Assembly: GCA_963728405.1 (NCBI GenBank)
Contig: CAVSJV010000005.1
Coordinates: forward strand, 384,001 to 448,000
Reading direction: 5' to 3'
DNA: 64,000 nucleotides
DNA from: Methanomassiliicoccaceae archaeon
Lineage (GTDB): Archaea > Thermoplasmatota > Thermoplasmata > Methanomassiliicoccales > Methanomassiliicoccaceae
The position numbers and the translations under genes were made by a program. The notes below the pieces were generated by a model. It ran no database searches, was not told the DNA's origin, and was given only the letters and a program-made list of their open reading frames with translations. Each line of letters starts with the position of its first letter. The stretch's first letter is position 1. Below, in pieces: positions 10,752-21,527 of this stretch.

Positions 10752-11535
10752 GCAGCTTCAGCGCCTCGTCGACCTCGGCATCATGGAGCACGATCTCGGT
10801 CATTGCTTTGGTGATACCGGTGACGTTGCGATGCTGGAATATGTTCCTACCGATACTTACTCCCATGCCTCCGGCCTCCACAGAGTCCTTGACCATCTGC
10901 AACAGGTCCCTATCGGACGACATCTTCGGTCCGCCAGCGATGAGCACCGGTATGATGGCACCCTTGACCACCTCGCGGAACGAATCGACGTCGCCGCTGT
11001 AGGAGGTCTTGACGATGTCCGCACCCAGTTCCATCCCTGCCCGGGCGCATTGCTTGATAAGGTCTACATCGTAGCCGTTCTTGATGTCCTTTCCCCGAGG
11101 GTAGATCATGACCAGGAGCGGAATGCCCCACTCGTTGCATTCCCTAGACACCTGGCCAAAGTCGTGGAGCATGTATGGTTCCGTTTCCGCACCGATGTTG
11201 ACGTGGATGGAAACAGCATCCGCGCCCATCTTGATGGCTTCCTCCACCGTGGTGACCAGCACCTTGGAGTTGGGGTCGGGGGAAATGGAGGTGGAGGCCG
11301 AGAGGTGCAGGATAAGTCCGATGTCCCGGCCGAAAGATCGATGGCCATAGGGGACCACGCCCTTGTGCATGACGACGGCGGTGGCCCCTCCCTGGGACAC
11401 CTTGTCGATGGTGGTCTTCATATCCACTAGCCCTTCGATCGGCCCCATGGAGATGCCATGGTCCACGGGCACGATGACGGCCCGGCCGGAGTTGCGGTCT
11501 ATGATCCGCTCCATGCGGATGCTTTTGCCTGACAT
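10744..11535 (-). CDS. aroA': 2-amino-3,7-dideoxy-D-threo-hept-6-ulosonate (ADH) synthase
   Basis: DhnA-type aldolase motifs (PVDHG, YPRG, ELGADIVKT, AGGPK, GRNIFQ) directly upstream of aroB'. Confidence 0.92.
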   Translation of the reverse strand: MSGKSIRMERIIDRNSGRAVIVPVDHGISMGPIEGLVDMKTTIDKVSQGGATAVVMHKGVVPYGHRSFGRDIGLILHLSASTSISPDPNSKVLVTTVEEAIKMGADAVSIHVNIGAETEPYMLHDFGQVSRECNEWGIPLLVMIYPRGKDIKNGYDVDLIKQCARAGMELGADIVKTSYSGDVDSFREVVKGAIIPVLIAGGPKMSSDRDLLQMVKDSVEAGGMGVSIGRNIFQHRNVTGITKAMTEIVLHDAEVDEALKLLE

Positions 11536-11549
11536 TGGTTCGCCTCGAA

Positions 11550-11580
11550 TGCTAGACAATATCTAGCACGTATATACTCT
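11550..11580 (-). promoter_or_regulatory. TATA box (GTATATAC, 11570-11577) and 7-bp inverted repeat TGCTAGA-N5-TCTAGCA ahead of the aro operon
   Basis: Directly visible; an A-rich BRE-like tract lies upstream on the minus strand. Confidence 0.55.
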
Positions 11581-11734
11581 TTTCTTCATTTTTTTGCCCG
11601 GAGATCTGTCCAGACTGCTACGGGTATCGTAGGGACTTGGGCATTATTATATAAATGGTCGATTTGGATGGACCTTTCTGCGGACCGATGCACACTTCGG
11701 AAACTCTAATTATGGCTGAGCCGATTCGACGGGC

Positions 11735-12235
11735 ATGTGGTTCTCCCTCTCCAAGTATTTCGGCCGCTACCCCTCCCAGGGCAAGGTGGCAAAACTGCTG
11801 CTAACGAACGGCCTCCGGGTCAAGGGAGGAAGAGTATACAGCGGGGACGTGGAGGTCGGGGATGTGGCCATCGCCCGGGCGGTCAAGGTCGACCGCCGGA
11901 TCGTGCGTGCGGCGGTCGAGACCATCGAGTCGGAGGAGGAGCTGAGAATGGTGTTCGCCGCCCTGCTCCCCACCACCATGCTAAAAGAGGTCGCTCCGGT
12001 CATGGGCTGGAGTTGCATCGAGATCATTCCCACCGACGCTCACGTCCCGGGCATCCTGGCCGACGTGACGGGGGTGATCGCCGAAGCGGGCATCAGCGTA
12101 CGGCAGGCGCTGGTGGACGACCCCGAGCTGAGCGAGGAGCCGAGGCTATATGTCATAACCGACAGCGCGGTCCCCCCCGAGCTCATCCCTCGCATCAAGA
12201 ACTGCCGCGGCGTTAAGAGCATTCTGATCCACTGA
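11735..12235 (+). CDS. ACT-domain regulator of amino acid metabolism (COG2150-like)
   Basis: N-terminal HTH-like IARAVKVDRRIV; C-terminal ACT domain PGILADVTGVIAEAGISVRQ...DP; divergent from the aro operon. Confidence 0.85.
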   Translation: MWFSLSKYFGRYPSQGKVAKLLLTNGLRVKGGRVYSGDVEVGDVAIARAVKVDRRIVRAAVETIESEEELRMVFAALLPTTMLKEVAPVMGWSCIEIIPTDAHVPGILADVTGVIAEAGISVRQALVDDPELSEEPRLYVITDSAVPPELIPRIKNCRGVKSILIH

Positions 12236-12271
12236 GCGTGGTCGACTGGAAACGAAGGGTCACGATAAACA

Positions 12272-12537
12272 ATGCTTCGGAGTGACCGTGGCCAGGTTGT
12301 CATCTTCTTCGCCCTGGCCATCATGTCCACGATCTTCGGGCGCACAATCCTCAACTGGTCGCTCCGGTACCTTCCAGCGGCGTTCGTGAGCGTGTCCATG
12401 CTCGGCGAGCCGGTGGGGGCGAGCATCCTTGGCCTATCTGCCGCTCTCGGAAACGCCGTCGGTGGGAGTGGCCATCGGTGGAGCTATGGTGCTAGCGGGC
12501 ATCATGCTCACCGCGGGCTCGGAGATCGGACCTTTGC
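12272..12537 (+). pseudogene. Fragment of a DMT/EamA transporter
   Basis: FFALAIMSTIFGRTILNWSLRYLPAAFVSVSMLGEPVGASIL matches an EamA C-terminal repeat; N-terminal half absent and frame broken. Confidence 0.7.
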
Positions 12538-15500
12538 CTAGTACGAGCCCAAGTCCGTGACGTCCAGCGGACCAAGCCGAGCACGTTTCATGGCCGCCAC
12601 AGTGGCCCGGGCTCCCTGCACCGTGGTCAGGAATGGTATCTCCAGTTCGACCGCCAGCCGGCGCATCATGTAACCGTCCCTCCTTGTGCCCGATGCCTCA
12701 CTGGGCGTATTGATTATGAGATTAATGTCGCCCCGGCGCATCAGGCCCAGGGCGTCTGGGTCCATCTTCTGGGAGATGGTGTAGACGGTCGTCATCGTCA
12801 GCCCGTTCTCTCTGAGGAACGTGGAGGTGCCCTTGGTGGCGTAGAGCCTGAACCCCATCTCCCGGAGCTGGCGGGCGGTCTCGAGGATCTTCGGTTTATC
12901 CTCATCGCTGACGGTGATGTACACCCCGCCCTTGCTGGGCAGCTTGAGGCCCGCGGAGATGAGCGCCTTATAGCACGCGGCATCGAACTCCTGGGCGATG
13001 CCCATGACCTCTCCGGTGGAGCGCATCTCTGGCCCGAGGATAGAATCGACGCCTGGGAGCTTCAGGAACGGGAACACCGACGCCTTTACGGCGACATGGT
13101 CATACTTGGCCACGCCAACGCACCCCAGTTCCTGGAGAGTCCGGCCCAGCATCACCTTGGTGGCTATCTTGGCCAGAGGGATGCCGATGGCCTTAGAGAC
13201 GAAGGGAACGGTCCTGGACGCTCGAGGGTTCGCTTCGATCATGTAGACATCGCTTCCCTTGACCGCCAGCTGTAGGTTCATCAGCCCCCTTATGCGGAGC
13301 GCCCTGGCGACCTTATCGGCTATCTCCACGATCTTGCTCATGACCTCCGGGGACAGGGTCTGCGGAGGCATGGACATGGTCGCGTCGCCGGAGTGGACCC
13401 CCGCCTCCTCAATGTGCTCGAGTATGCCGCCGATGAAGGTGTCAGTGCCGTCGGAAACGACGTCCACATCGATCTCGATGGCATGTGATAGGTACTTGTC
13501 GACCAGGATGGGGTGGGCCTTGGACACCTTCACCGCGGTGGCCACGTCAGGTCCTCAGCTCGTCCTCGCTGTAGATGATCACCATGGCCCGGCCGCCGAT
13601 GACATAGGACGGCCTTACCAGTACGGGGTAGCCGATGCTCGTGGCGATCTCCCGGACCTCCTCGAACGAATGCCCGGTACCGGACTTGGGTTGCAGAACG
13701 CCCAGCTCGTCCATGAGCGCCGAGAACAGCTTGCGGTTCTCGGCCACGTCCACGTCGATGGGGGAGGTGCCCATCACCTTGGTCTTCTTGCCCTCCAAGG
13801 CCTTCAGCAGGGGCATGGCCAGGTTGATCGCGGTCTGCCCTCCGAACTGCAGAATGACACCATCGGCGTCCTCATTCTCGAGGATGTTGAGCACGTCCTC
13901 CAGGGTCAGCGGCTCGAAGTACAAGCGGTCGGAGATATCGTAGTCGGTCGAGACGGTCTCGGGGTTGTTGTTGATGATGATGGCGTCAACACCCTCCTCT
14001 TGGAGTGCCATCACGCCGTGCACGCAGGCGTAGTCGAACTCGATGCCCTGCCCGATGCGGATCGGTCCGCCCCCGACGATAACGACCTTCTTGTTAGTGG
14101 ACGGGCGGGCCTCGTTCTCCTTCTCATAGGTCGAATAGAAGTACGGCGTCTCGGCCTTGAACTCCGCGGCGCAGGTGTCGACCATCTTGTAGGTCGGCAG
14201 GATGTCCATGCTCTTGCGTTTCGATCTGACCGATTCGGTCGGGATTCCGGTCAAAGAGGAGATGGCGTCGTCGGCGAATCCCATGCGCTTGGCCTTCTTG
14301 ACCAGGGTAGGATTAAGGTCCTTGCTGGCCTTCAGCGTCGCTTCCATGCCCATGATGTTCTTGACCTTATGAACGAAGAAAGCGTCCCACTTGGTGATGT
14401 CGGCGATCATCTCGATGCTCGCCCCCCGCCTCAATGCCTCGGCGATGACGAACAGGCGCTGATCGGTGGCATTGGTCAGCTCTTCCAGGATCTGCTCGTC
14501 GGTCCAGTTCCCGGGTTCCAGGTATTCTTGGTCGATCTCCAGGGAGCGGACAGCCTTCAGCAGTCCCTCCTCGATGGTACGCCCGATGGCCATGACCTCC
14601 CCGGTGCTCTTCATCTGGGTGCCCAGGGTGCGGTCCACGGTGCGGAACTTGTCGAATGGCCAGCGAGGGATCTTGATAACGACATAATCCAGGGAAGGCT
14701 CGAACGCGGCGAACGTCTTTCCGGTGATGCGGTTCGGGATCTCGTCGAGGGTGTAGCCGACCGCGATCTTGGCCGCCACCCGGGCGATGGGGTACCCCGT
14801 TGCCTTGGACGCCAGAGCCGATGACCGCGACACTCGAGGGTTGACTTCGATGACCCGGTACTCCTTGGTATCGGGGTCAAGAGCGAACTGGATATTGCAG
14901 CCGCCTTCGATGCCCAAGGCCCGGATGGTCTTGAGGGTGGCGTTACGCAGCCGCTGATGGTCCTCGTCGCTGAGGGTCTGGGACGGGGCGATGACGATCG
15001 ATTCCCCGGTATGGATGCCCATGGCGTCGAAGTTCTCCATGTTGCAGATGATGACGCAGTTGTCCTGCCCGTCCCTCATCACCTCGTACTCGAACTCCTT
15101 CCAGCCGAGCACGCTCTCCTCGATGAGCACCTGGTGGATGCGCGAGTAGATCAGCCCCCGGCCAGTGATGTTGACCAACTCCTCCTCGTTGTGGGCGATG
15201 CCTCCCCCCGTCCCTCCGAGGGTGTAGGCCGGTCGTACCAGCACGGGGTACCTGCCCAGCGCTTTGGCCGCTTCCTTGGCCTCCTCCACGGTGTGGACGG
15301 TCTTGCTCTTGGGGATCGGTTCCCCGATCTGGACCATCATATCTCGGAACAGCTCGCGGTCCTCGGACAGGGCGATCGCCTTGGGTTGTGTGCCCAGAAG
15401 CTTGATGCCCAGGCGCTCCAGGGTGCCGTTCTCGGCCAGCTCGGAGCAGATGTTCAGGGCGGTCTGCCCCCCCATGCCGGAGAGGATGCCGTCGACCTTT

Positions 15501-15739
15501 TCCTTCTCGGCAATGCGGGCGACCGTCTCGGCGTTAAGGGGTTCGATGTAGACGATGTCCGCCATCTCCACATCCGTCTGGATGGTGGCGGGGTTTGAGT
15601 TAACCAGCACGGTGATGTACCCCTCCTCCCGCAGCGAGCGGCAGGCTTGGGAACCGGAGAAGTCGAACTCGGCTGCCTGGCCGATGACGATCGGTCCGGA
15701 CCCGATGACCATGATCTTCTTGAGGTCGGTGCGCTTCAT
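12538..15739 (-). CDS. carB: Carbamoyl-phosphate synthase large subunit; one extra base near 13548
   Basis: [17 protein letters not shown], two ATP-grasp domains and an MGS domain across two ORFs that join after removing one base. Confidence 0.95.
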
Positions 15740-16818
15740 TTCCGCGTCTCCAGGATCTTGACGTAATCGTCGAACAGGAAAGTGGTGTCCTTCGGTCCGG
15801 CCGAGGCCTCGGGATGATACTGCACGGAGAAGATAGGCAGTTCCTTGTGCCTCATCCCGTCCACCGTGCCGTCGTTGACGTTGACATGATCGACCTCGAA
15901 GCCCGTGCCATCAAGGGACAATGGATCGACGACATAGCCGTGGTTCTGGGAGGTTATATACACCCGGCCGTTGTGCTTCACCGGCTGGTTGACGCCACGG
16001 TGCCCGAACTTCATCTTGTAGGTCTTGCCACCGAAGGCGAGGGCCAGCAACTGGTTCCCCAGGCAGATGCCCATGATCGGCATCTCCTCCTTGAGGTCCC
16101 TGATCGTCCTAATCGTGGTGGCCTGGATGTCCGGGTGGGCGGGGTCCCCGGGGCCGTTCGAGAGGAACAGCCCGTCGATCTCTTCATTGCGCAGGAATGA
16201 GGCGGGGGTGTCGAAGGGTACCTGCACCACGCTGAAGCGCTTCCTCAGTTCATTGACGATATTGGACTTGACCCCGCAGTCGATGAGGCCGACCTTCTTG
16301 GCGCCCGGCCTCTCGTACCGGAGGATCTTCTTAGTGCTGACATCCGCCACCAGGTTGGAGTCGGAAGGATAATGCATCTTCTGCACCTTTTCCAGGACCG
16401 CTTCCGGCTCCTCGTCGAAGGTGATCGCTCCGCGCAGCACGCCCCGCTCCCGGATGGCGATGATGATGGAACGGGTGTCGAGCTCCGATATGCCGGGCAC
16501 CTTGTTCCTTTTCAGCAAAGCATCCAAGGTATCTTCGCCATACATGGTGGACGGCTCCCTGCAAGCCTCCCTCACCACATATCCGGACACTTGGACCGCT
16601 GGAGATTCTGAGAATTTGGAATTTACACCGTAATTACCGATGATAGGGTGGGACATGATAAGTATCTGGCCTTTGTAGGAAGGGTCGGTCAGGCTCTCCT
16701 GGTAACCGCACATGCCGGTGTTGAACACGACCTCGCCGTACACCGTCTTCTCAAAACCAAAGCCAGTGCCCTCAGCTATTGTCCCGTTCTCGAGGATGAG
16801 GTGGCACTGCTTTACCAT
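15736..16818 (-). CDS. carA: Carbamoyl-phosphate synthase small subunit
   Basis: [34 protein letters not shown]. Confidence 0.97.
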   Translation of the reverse strand: MVKQCHLILENGTIAEGTGFGFEKTVYGEVVFNTGMCGYQESLTDPSYKGQILIMSHPIIGNYGVNSKFSESPAVQVSGYVVREACREPSTMYGEDTLDALLKRNKVPGISELDTRSIIIAIRERGVLRGAITFDEEPEAVLEKVQKMHYPSDSNLVADVSTKKILRYERPGAKKVGLIDCGVKSNIVNELRKRFSVVQVPFDTPASFLRNEEIDGLFLSNGPGDPAHPDIQATTIRTIRDLKEEMPIMGICLGNQLLALAFGGKTYKMKFGHRGVNQPVKHNGRVYITSQNHGYVVDPLSLDGTGFEVDHVNVNDGTVDGMRHKELPIFSVQYHPEASAGPKDTTFLFDDYVKILETRK

Positions 16819-17686
16819 CGAGATTTTGCAAAATAGGAGTGTTGTACTTAAGGTTTGGCATGATCATCTGGACGGAACGCCATAAAAATGTCTTGACGGG
16901 GACAATAATGGTGCGCCAATGTTCACTCAATATTGACTGGCCGCTATTTACCTGACCCCAGCTCGGCAGGTGGCCGTTCGTTAGAATAATGAACGCCCAA
17001 GTCGCCTCCCGCTGGGGAAAACTGGAAGGGGAGCTAAACTGCTCAGAGGAAATGAAGGGATCCATTTATCCTATCTCCGCACAGGTAGTCGAATTGGCGA
17101 TAGTATTGGCCGCTACACCCGCCTCCCGGCTCCGGACGGCCGCCTGGCCAATGTCCAAGGGAGAGAGACGATCCTCGTGCAGGAAGACCTACTACTTTGG
17201 GTACAGAACGGTAGGATGTCCTATGATGTCCCCTATCCGAACCATGGTTGCCCTGAGATCGATAGCACCATTCTCCAGGACTACAAAGGGGTTAAGGACA
17301 AGGTCACAATCTGGCCGTACATCGATCTTTATCATTTCAACACGCGGGAAATGTCGCCGCCTAGCACGATGACGTCCAGTTGCCTAGGGCCACGTTCCAA
17401 CCGAACGTGACCTTGGGTGCATTCTTTCATCCCTCTAGCGGACAGGACTCGAGTTACCTGTCCCCGATCTTGTACTATGGAAAACTCGAGATGGGGCCCC
17501 CGATATTCCAGGAGAGGAACATCATCGTCGAGCTCACTCTGATGTGCTACGGGGCGGCTTGAGCACAGAGGCGTTCTGTCGGATGTCGCTCGGGCCCAGG
17601 ATGCAAACATCCTTGCCCATCTTGAGTGAGCCACCATCCACTAGGGATGGATAAAATGAAATAATCTCACCCCATGGTATCCTAGC

Positions 17687-18728
17687 ATGCGCGTCCTCCA
17701 CCAAGACCGGCAGGCGGGAGAGATCAAGGTCCAGGTGGAGACCCTCGACGATCTTTGGCACCTGTACAACATCATCGCCATGGGAGACATCATCATCTCC
17801 TCTACCTATCGTCGGGACGAGTCCAAGACCGACAAGCTGCGCGCCGAGCGGGGCGAGAAGAAGCGCATGACCCTGGGGGTCCGGACCGAAAAGGTGGAGT
17901 TCGCCGAAACAGAGAGCCGGCTCCGGGTCCACGGCGTTATCGTGGAAGGGCTGCAGGACAGTCGGTTCGTACCATACTCTCAACCTGGGCGAGAGCGACA
18001 CGCTCACCATCCGCAAGGCCCACTGGAGCAATGCGGTGCTGGACCGTGTCAGGCGGGCGGTGGAGGATTCCAAGAAGCCCAAGATCCTGTTCGTCGCGTT
18101 GGAGAACGATGAGGCGGTCATCGCCATGGCCCGCCAGTTCGGGATGCAGGAGATCGCTCGCATCTACGCTCCCTCCTCGGGCAAGATGTACGAGCAGAGG
18201 GAGGATCGCAACTACTTCGAGGACATAATCCAGAAGATCAAGCAGGCCTCCGAGCCGGGGGTGCCCATCGTTATCCTCGGTCCCGGCTTCGCCAAGGAAG
18301 CGCTAGTTACTATGGGCAAAGAGAAGGAACCGGAACTCTTCGCCCATGTCTCCATATATCACACCGGACAGGCCGGGATGGCCGGGGTCCACGAGCTGAT
18401 GAAGGAGGGTCTGGGTACTGAGATCGTCCAGGACAGCCGGGCCGCGGTGGAGACCAAGGTCGTGGAGGATGTGCTCACGGAGATCGCCAAGGACGGCCCG
18501 GTGGCGTACGGCCCGGCCGAGGTGGAACGAGCGATCAGGATGGGAGCGGTGGACACCCTGGTCGTACTGGACAGCGTGGTCCGCCAGAACAAGGTCGGAC
18601 CGTTGATGTCCAAGGTCGAGAACTCCCGGGGCAAGGTTGTCGTGATCAGCGAGAGGTTCGAGGCCGGGAAGAAGTTAGAGGCCATCGGCGGCATCGCCGC
18701 GCTGCTGCGGTTCCGCCTACCGTCCTGA
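17687..18728 (+). CDS. pelA: Pelota (aDom34) ribosome-rescue protein; one extra base near 17960
   Basis: DDLWHLYNII, LRVHGVI, GSYHTL after correction, GPGFAK, YGPAEV, GGIAALLRF. Confidence 0.93.
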
Positions 18729-19082
18729 ACCGGCTTGATGCGAAATTCGCAGAAAATTATTCGTATTATATTTGCTCGATTCCAATGTTAATCATTTTCC
18801 CTCAGACACCACCTAATTTCCGCACGGTATGACAAAAGAATTTAGTATAAAACCCATAATAAGGTAGGGTCCCTCGCCATAGCTCTGCTTAGTGTAGGGC
18901 AAGACCAGATATCTGCTAGACAATTGCACTTGTTCCGAGTGGGACATTGGACATGATGACCTGTTCCTAGGACATGCGCTTTCGATAAATAGCAGGCCGT
19001 GGTTCGCAGCGGTCATCCCGAGTGCGTAATAGGTCATATACATGGGCGCGGGAACGGCGTTAGATAGGAAAGGGATTGAAAG

Positions 19083-20267
19083 ATGAAGGATAAGGAGAAA
19101 GTCCTTGCCAAGCTGGCCAAGAGCAAGCTGATCGTCTGTGACACCACCCTGAGAGATGGGGAGCAGGCAGCGGGGATCGTGTTCGCCAACCTGGAAAAGG
19201 TGCGCATAGCCAAGCTGTTAGACGAGATCGGTGTCCAGCAGATAGAAGCGGGCATCCCGGCGATGGGCGGCGATGAGAAGGTCGCTATAAGGCGCATCGC
19301 TCACATGGGACTCGATGCTTCCATCCTGGGCTGGAATAGGGCCTCGGTAGAGGATATCTCGCATAGCATCGACTGTGACGTCGACTCGGTCGCCATCTCC
19401 ATGTCCTCCTCTGACATTCACATCGAGCACAAGCTCATGAAGACTCGCCAATGGGTCCTGGATAAGGTCGTGGAATCGGTCGAGTACGCCAAGTCCCATG
19501 GCATGTACATCTCCGTCAACGCGGAGGACGCCTCCCGGGCCGATCCGGAATTCATGGTTCAGTTCGCCAGGACTGCCAAGGAGGCCGGCGCCGATCGGGT
19601 CCGCTACTGCGATACTCTCGGGATCATGACCCCGTCCGCGATGTACGATGCTATCAAGGATATCATCGACAAGGTCAACATCCCCATCGAGATGCATACT
19701 CACAATGACTTTGGCATGGCCACAGCAAATGCCATCGCCGGCGTTCAGGCCGGAGCGACCTTCCTCAGCACCACCGTAATGGGTATAGGAGAGCGTACCG
19801 GTAACTCGCCGTTGGAGGAAGTGGTCATGGCCTCCAAGCATCTGCTCAAGATCGATACCGGCATCGAGACCCGCCGGTTGCGGGAAGTGGCCGAATATGT
19901 GGCCCGTGCGTCCAGTCGGGAGATACCTGCCTGGAAGCCTATCGTGGGTCAGAATTGCTTCGCCCACGAGGCAGGGATCCATACCGATGGCGTCATGAAG
20001 TTCCTCTCCAACTATGAACCGTACTCTCCCGAGGAGGTCGGCATGGCTCGCAAGATCATCGTCGGGAAACACTCCGGACGGAGCACCATAAAGCAGATAT
20101 TGGAGGCCAAGGGGATCGAGCTCGATGACACCTCGGCCGGCGCCATCTTGGAGATCGTCCGCGCCACCTCCGTGTCGCTCAAGCGGTCGCTCTCCGAGAA
20201 CGAACTAGTGTACATATATCAGGATTACAAGGATGGGGAAAGCCCCACTCCTCTTCAAGCAAGGTGA
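19083..20267 (+). CDS. Homocitrate synthase-like acyltransferase (AksA/NifV; DRE-TIM, no LeuA regulatory domain)
   Basis: DTTLRDGEQ, HTHNDFG, GERTGN, FAHEAGIH, GKHSG; 394 aa. Confidence 0.85.
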   Translation: MKDKEKVLAKLAKSKLIVCDTTLRDGEQAAGIVFANLEKVRIAKLLDEIGVQQIEAGIPAMGGDEKVAIRRIAHMGLDASILGWNRASVEDISHSIDCDVDSVAISMSSSDIHIEHKLMKTRQWVLDKVVESVEYAKSHGMYISVNAEDASRADPEFMVQFARTAKEAGADRVRYCDTLGIMTPSAMYDAIKDIIDKVNIPIEMHTHNDFGMATANAIAGVQAGATFLSTTVMGIGERTGNSPLEEVVMASKHLLKIDTGIETRRLREVAEYVARASSREIPAWKPIVGQNCFAHEAGIHTDGVMKFLSNYEPYSPEEVGMARKIIVGKHSGRSTIKQILEAKGIELDDTSAGAILEIVRATSVSLKRSLSENELVYIYQDYKDGESPTPLQAR

Positions 20268-20273
20268 ATTGAG

Positions 20274-21527
20274 ATGGGAACAATATCTGAGAAGATTCTA
20301 TCAGCGCACGCTGGCAAGGAAGTGTCCGCGGGCGACATATGCATCGTACCAGTCGACTTCATGATGTCCCAGGATGGGACCACGGGATTGACGATCAAGG
20401 CCTTCAAGCAGATGGAGGCCAAGGTCATCGCCAACCCCAAGAAGTATGCTGTGGTCATCGACCACAACTCGCCGTCCCCCATGGAGTCGGTGTCCAACAT
20501 CCACAAGGAGATGCGGGAGTTCGCTGACAAGCAGGGCTCGCTGATCTACGACGTCGGCGAGGGCGTGTGCCACCAGCTGTTGCCGGAGCGCGGTCATGTG
20601 CTCCCCGGTAACGTGGTGATCGGTGGCGATTCGCACACCTGCACCTATGGGGCATTGAACGTTTTCGCCACCGGCGTCGGCTCGACCGACCTGGCGGCCG
20701 CCCTGGTGACCGGCCAGATCTGGTTCCGGGTGCCGAGCACTATCAAGTTCGTCTATGACGGGACGCTGCAGAACGGTACCTATTCCAAGGACGTCATCCT
20801 CCACATGTGCAAGACCCTGACATCCAGGGGCGCGACCTACAAGGCTCTGGAGATCTACGGCTCGATCATCGACAACCTGTCGGTGGATGCCAGGATGACC
20901 ATATCCAACATGGTGGTCGAGGTCGGCGCCAAGGTAGGCCTGATGCCCTGTGATGGCAAGGTCCGCGAGTACGTCCGGCAGAGGACCAACGCTCCGTTCA
21001 AGGGGGTGGAAGCCTCGGGATCCGCCATCTATGACCGGGTGATCAGGGAGGATCTGACGAACCTGCCGCCCCAGATCGCCAAGCCCCACGAGGTCGATAA
21101 CGTCGTCGACGTCGACAAGGTCGCCGGGACCGAGCTGAACCAAGTGTTCATCGGTACCTGCACCAACGGGCGGCTGGAGGACCTCAGGATCGCCGCGAAC
21201 GTGCTGGCGGGAAAGAGCGTCGCCAGGGGCCTGCGCCTCATCGTGGCCCCCGCCTCCAAGAACGTCCTTTTGGACGCCATGAGGGAGGGGTACATCGACA
21301 AGCTGGTAAGGGCCGGCGCGACGGTCATTGCCCCGTCCTGCGGCCCGTGCGTCGGGACGTGCAACGGCATCCCTTCGGACGCTGAGACCGTGCTCTCGAC
21401 CGCGAACCGTAACTTCAAGGGCCGCATGGGTAACACCAAGGCCGAGATCTACCTGAGCAGTCCAGCCACCGCCGCCTATTCGGCCATGCTTGGTCATATC
21501 GCCGATGTCAGGGAGGTAATGAAATGA
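20274..21527 (+). CDS. Homoaconitase / isopropylmalate isomerase large subunit (AksD/LeuC)
   Basis: DSHTCT, GTCTNGR, CGPCVG, NRNFKGRMG. Confidence 0.92.
   Translation: MGTISEKILSAHAGKEVSAGDICIVPVDFMMSQDGTTGLTIKAFKQMEAKVIANPKKYAVVIDHNSPSPMESVSNIHKEMREFADKQGSLIYDVGEGVCHQLLPERGHVLPGNVVIGGDSHTCTYGALNVFATGVGSTDLAAALVTGQIWFRVPSTIKFVYDGTLQNGTYSKDVILHMCKTLTSRGATYKALEIYGSIIDNLSVDARMTISNMVVEVGAKVGLMPCDGKVREYVRQRTNAPFKGVEASGSAIYDRVIREDLTNLPPQIAKPHEVDNVVDVDKVAGTELNQVFIGTCTNGRLEDLRIAANVLAGKSVARGLRLIVAPASKNVLLDAMREGYIDKLVRAGATVIAPSCGPCVGTCNGIPSDAETVLSTANRNFKGRMGNTKAEIYLSSPATAAYSAMLGHIADVREVMK

Noticed and set aside
13540-13560. Naturally split carB or programmed frameshifting
   Set aside because: A single inserted base restores ELRTYVATA, no slippery site is present, and the same pattern occurs at 11 other loci.
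13259-14824. Long antisense ORFs (521 aa opposite carB, 398 aa opposite the homoaconitase gene, and others)
   Set aside because: Shadow ORFs typical of high-GC codon usage; no recognisable motifs.
18953-19020. C/D box sRNA (ATGATGA)
   Set aside because: No CTGA D or D' boxes at suitable spacing.
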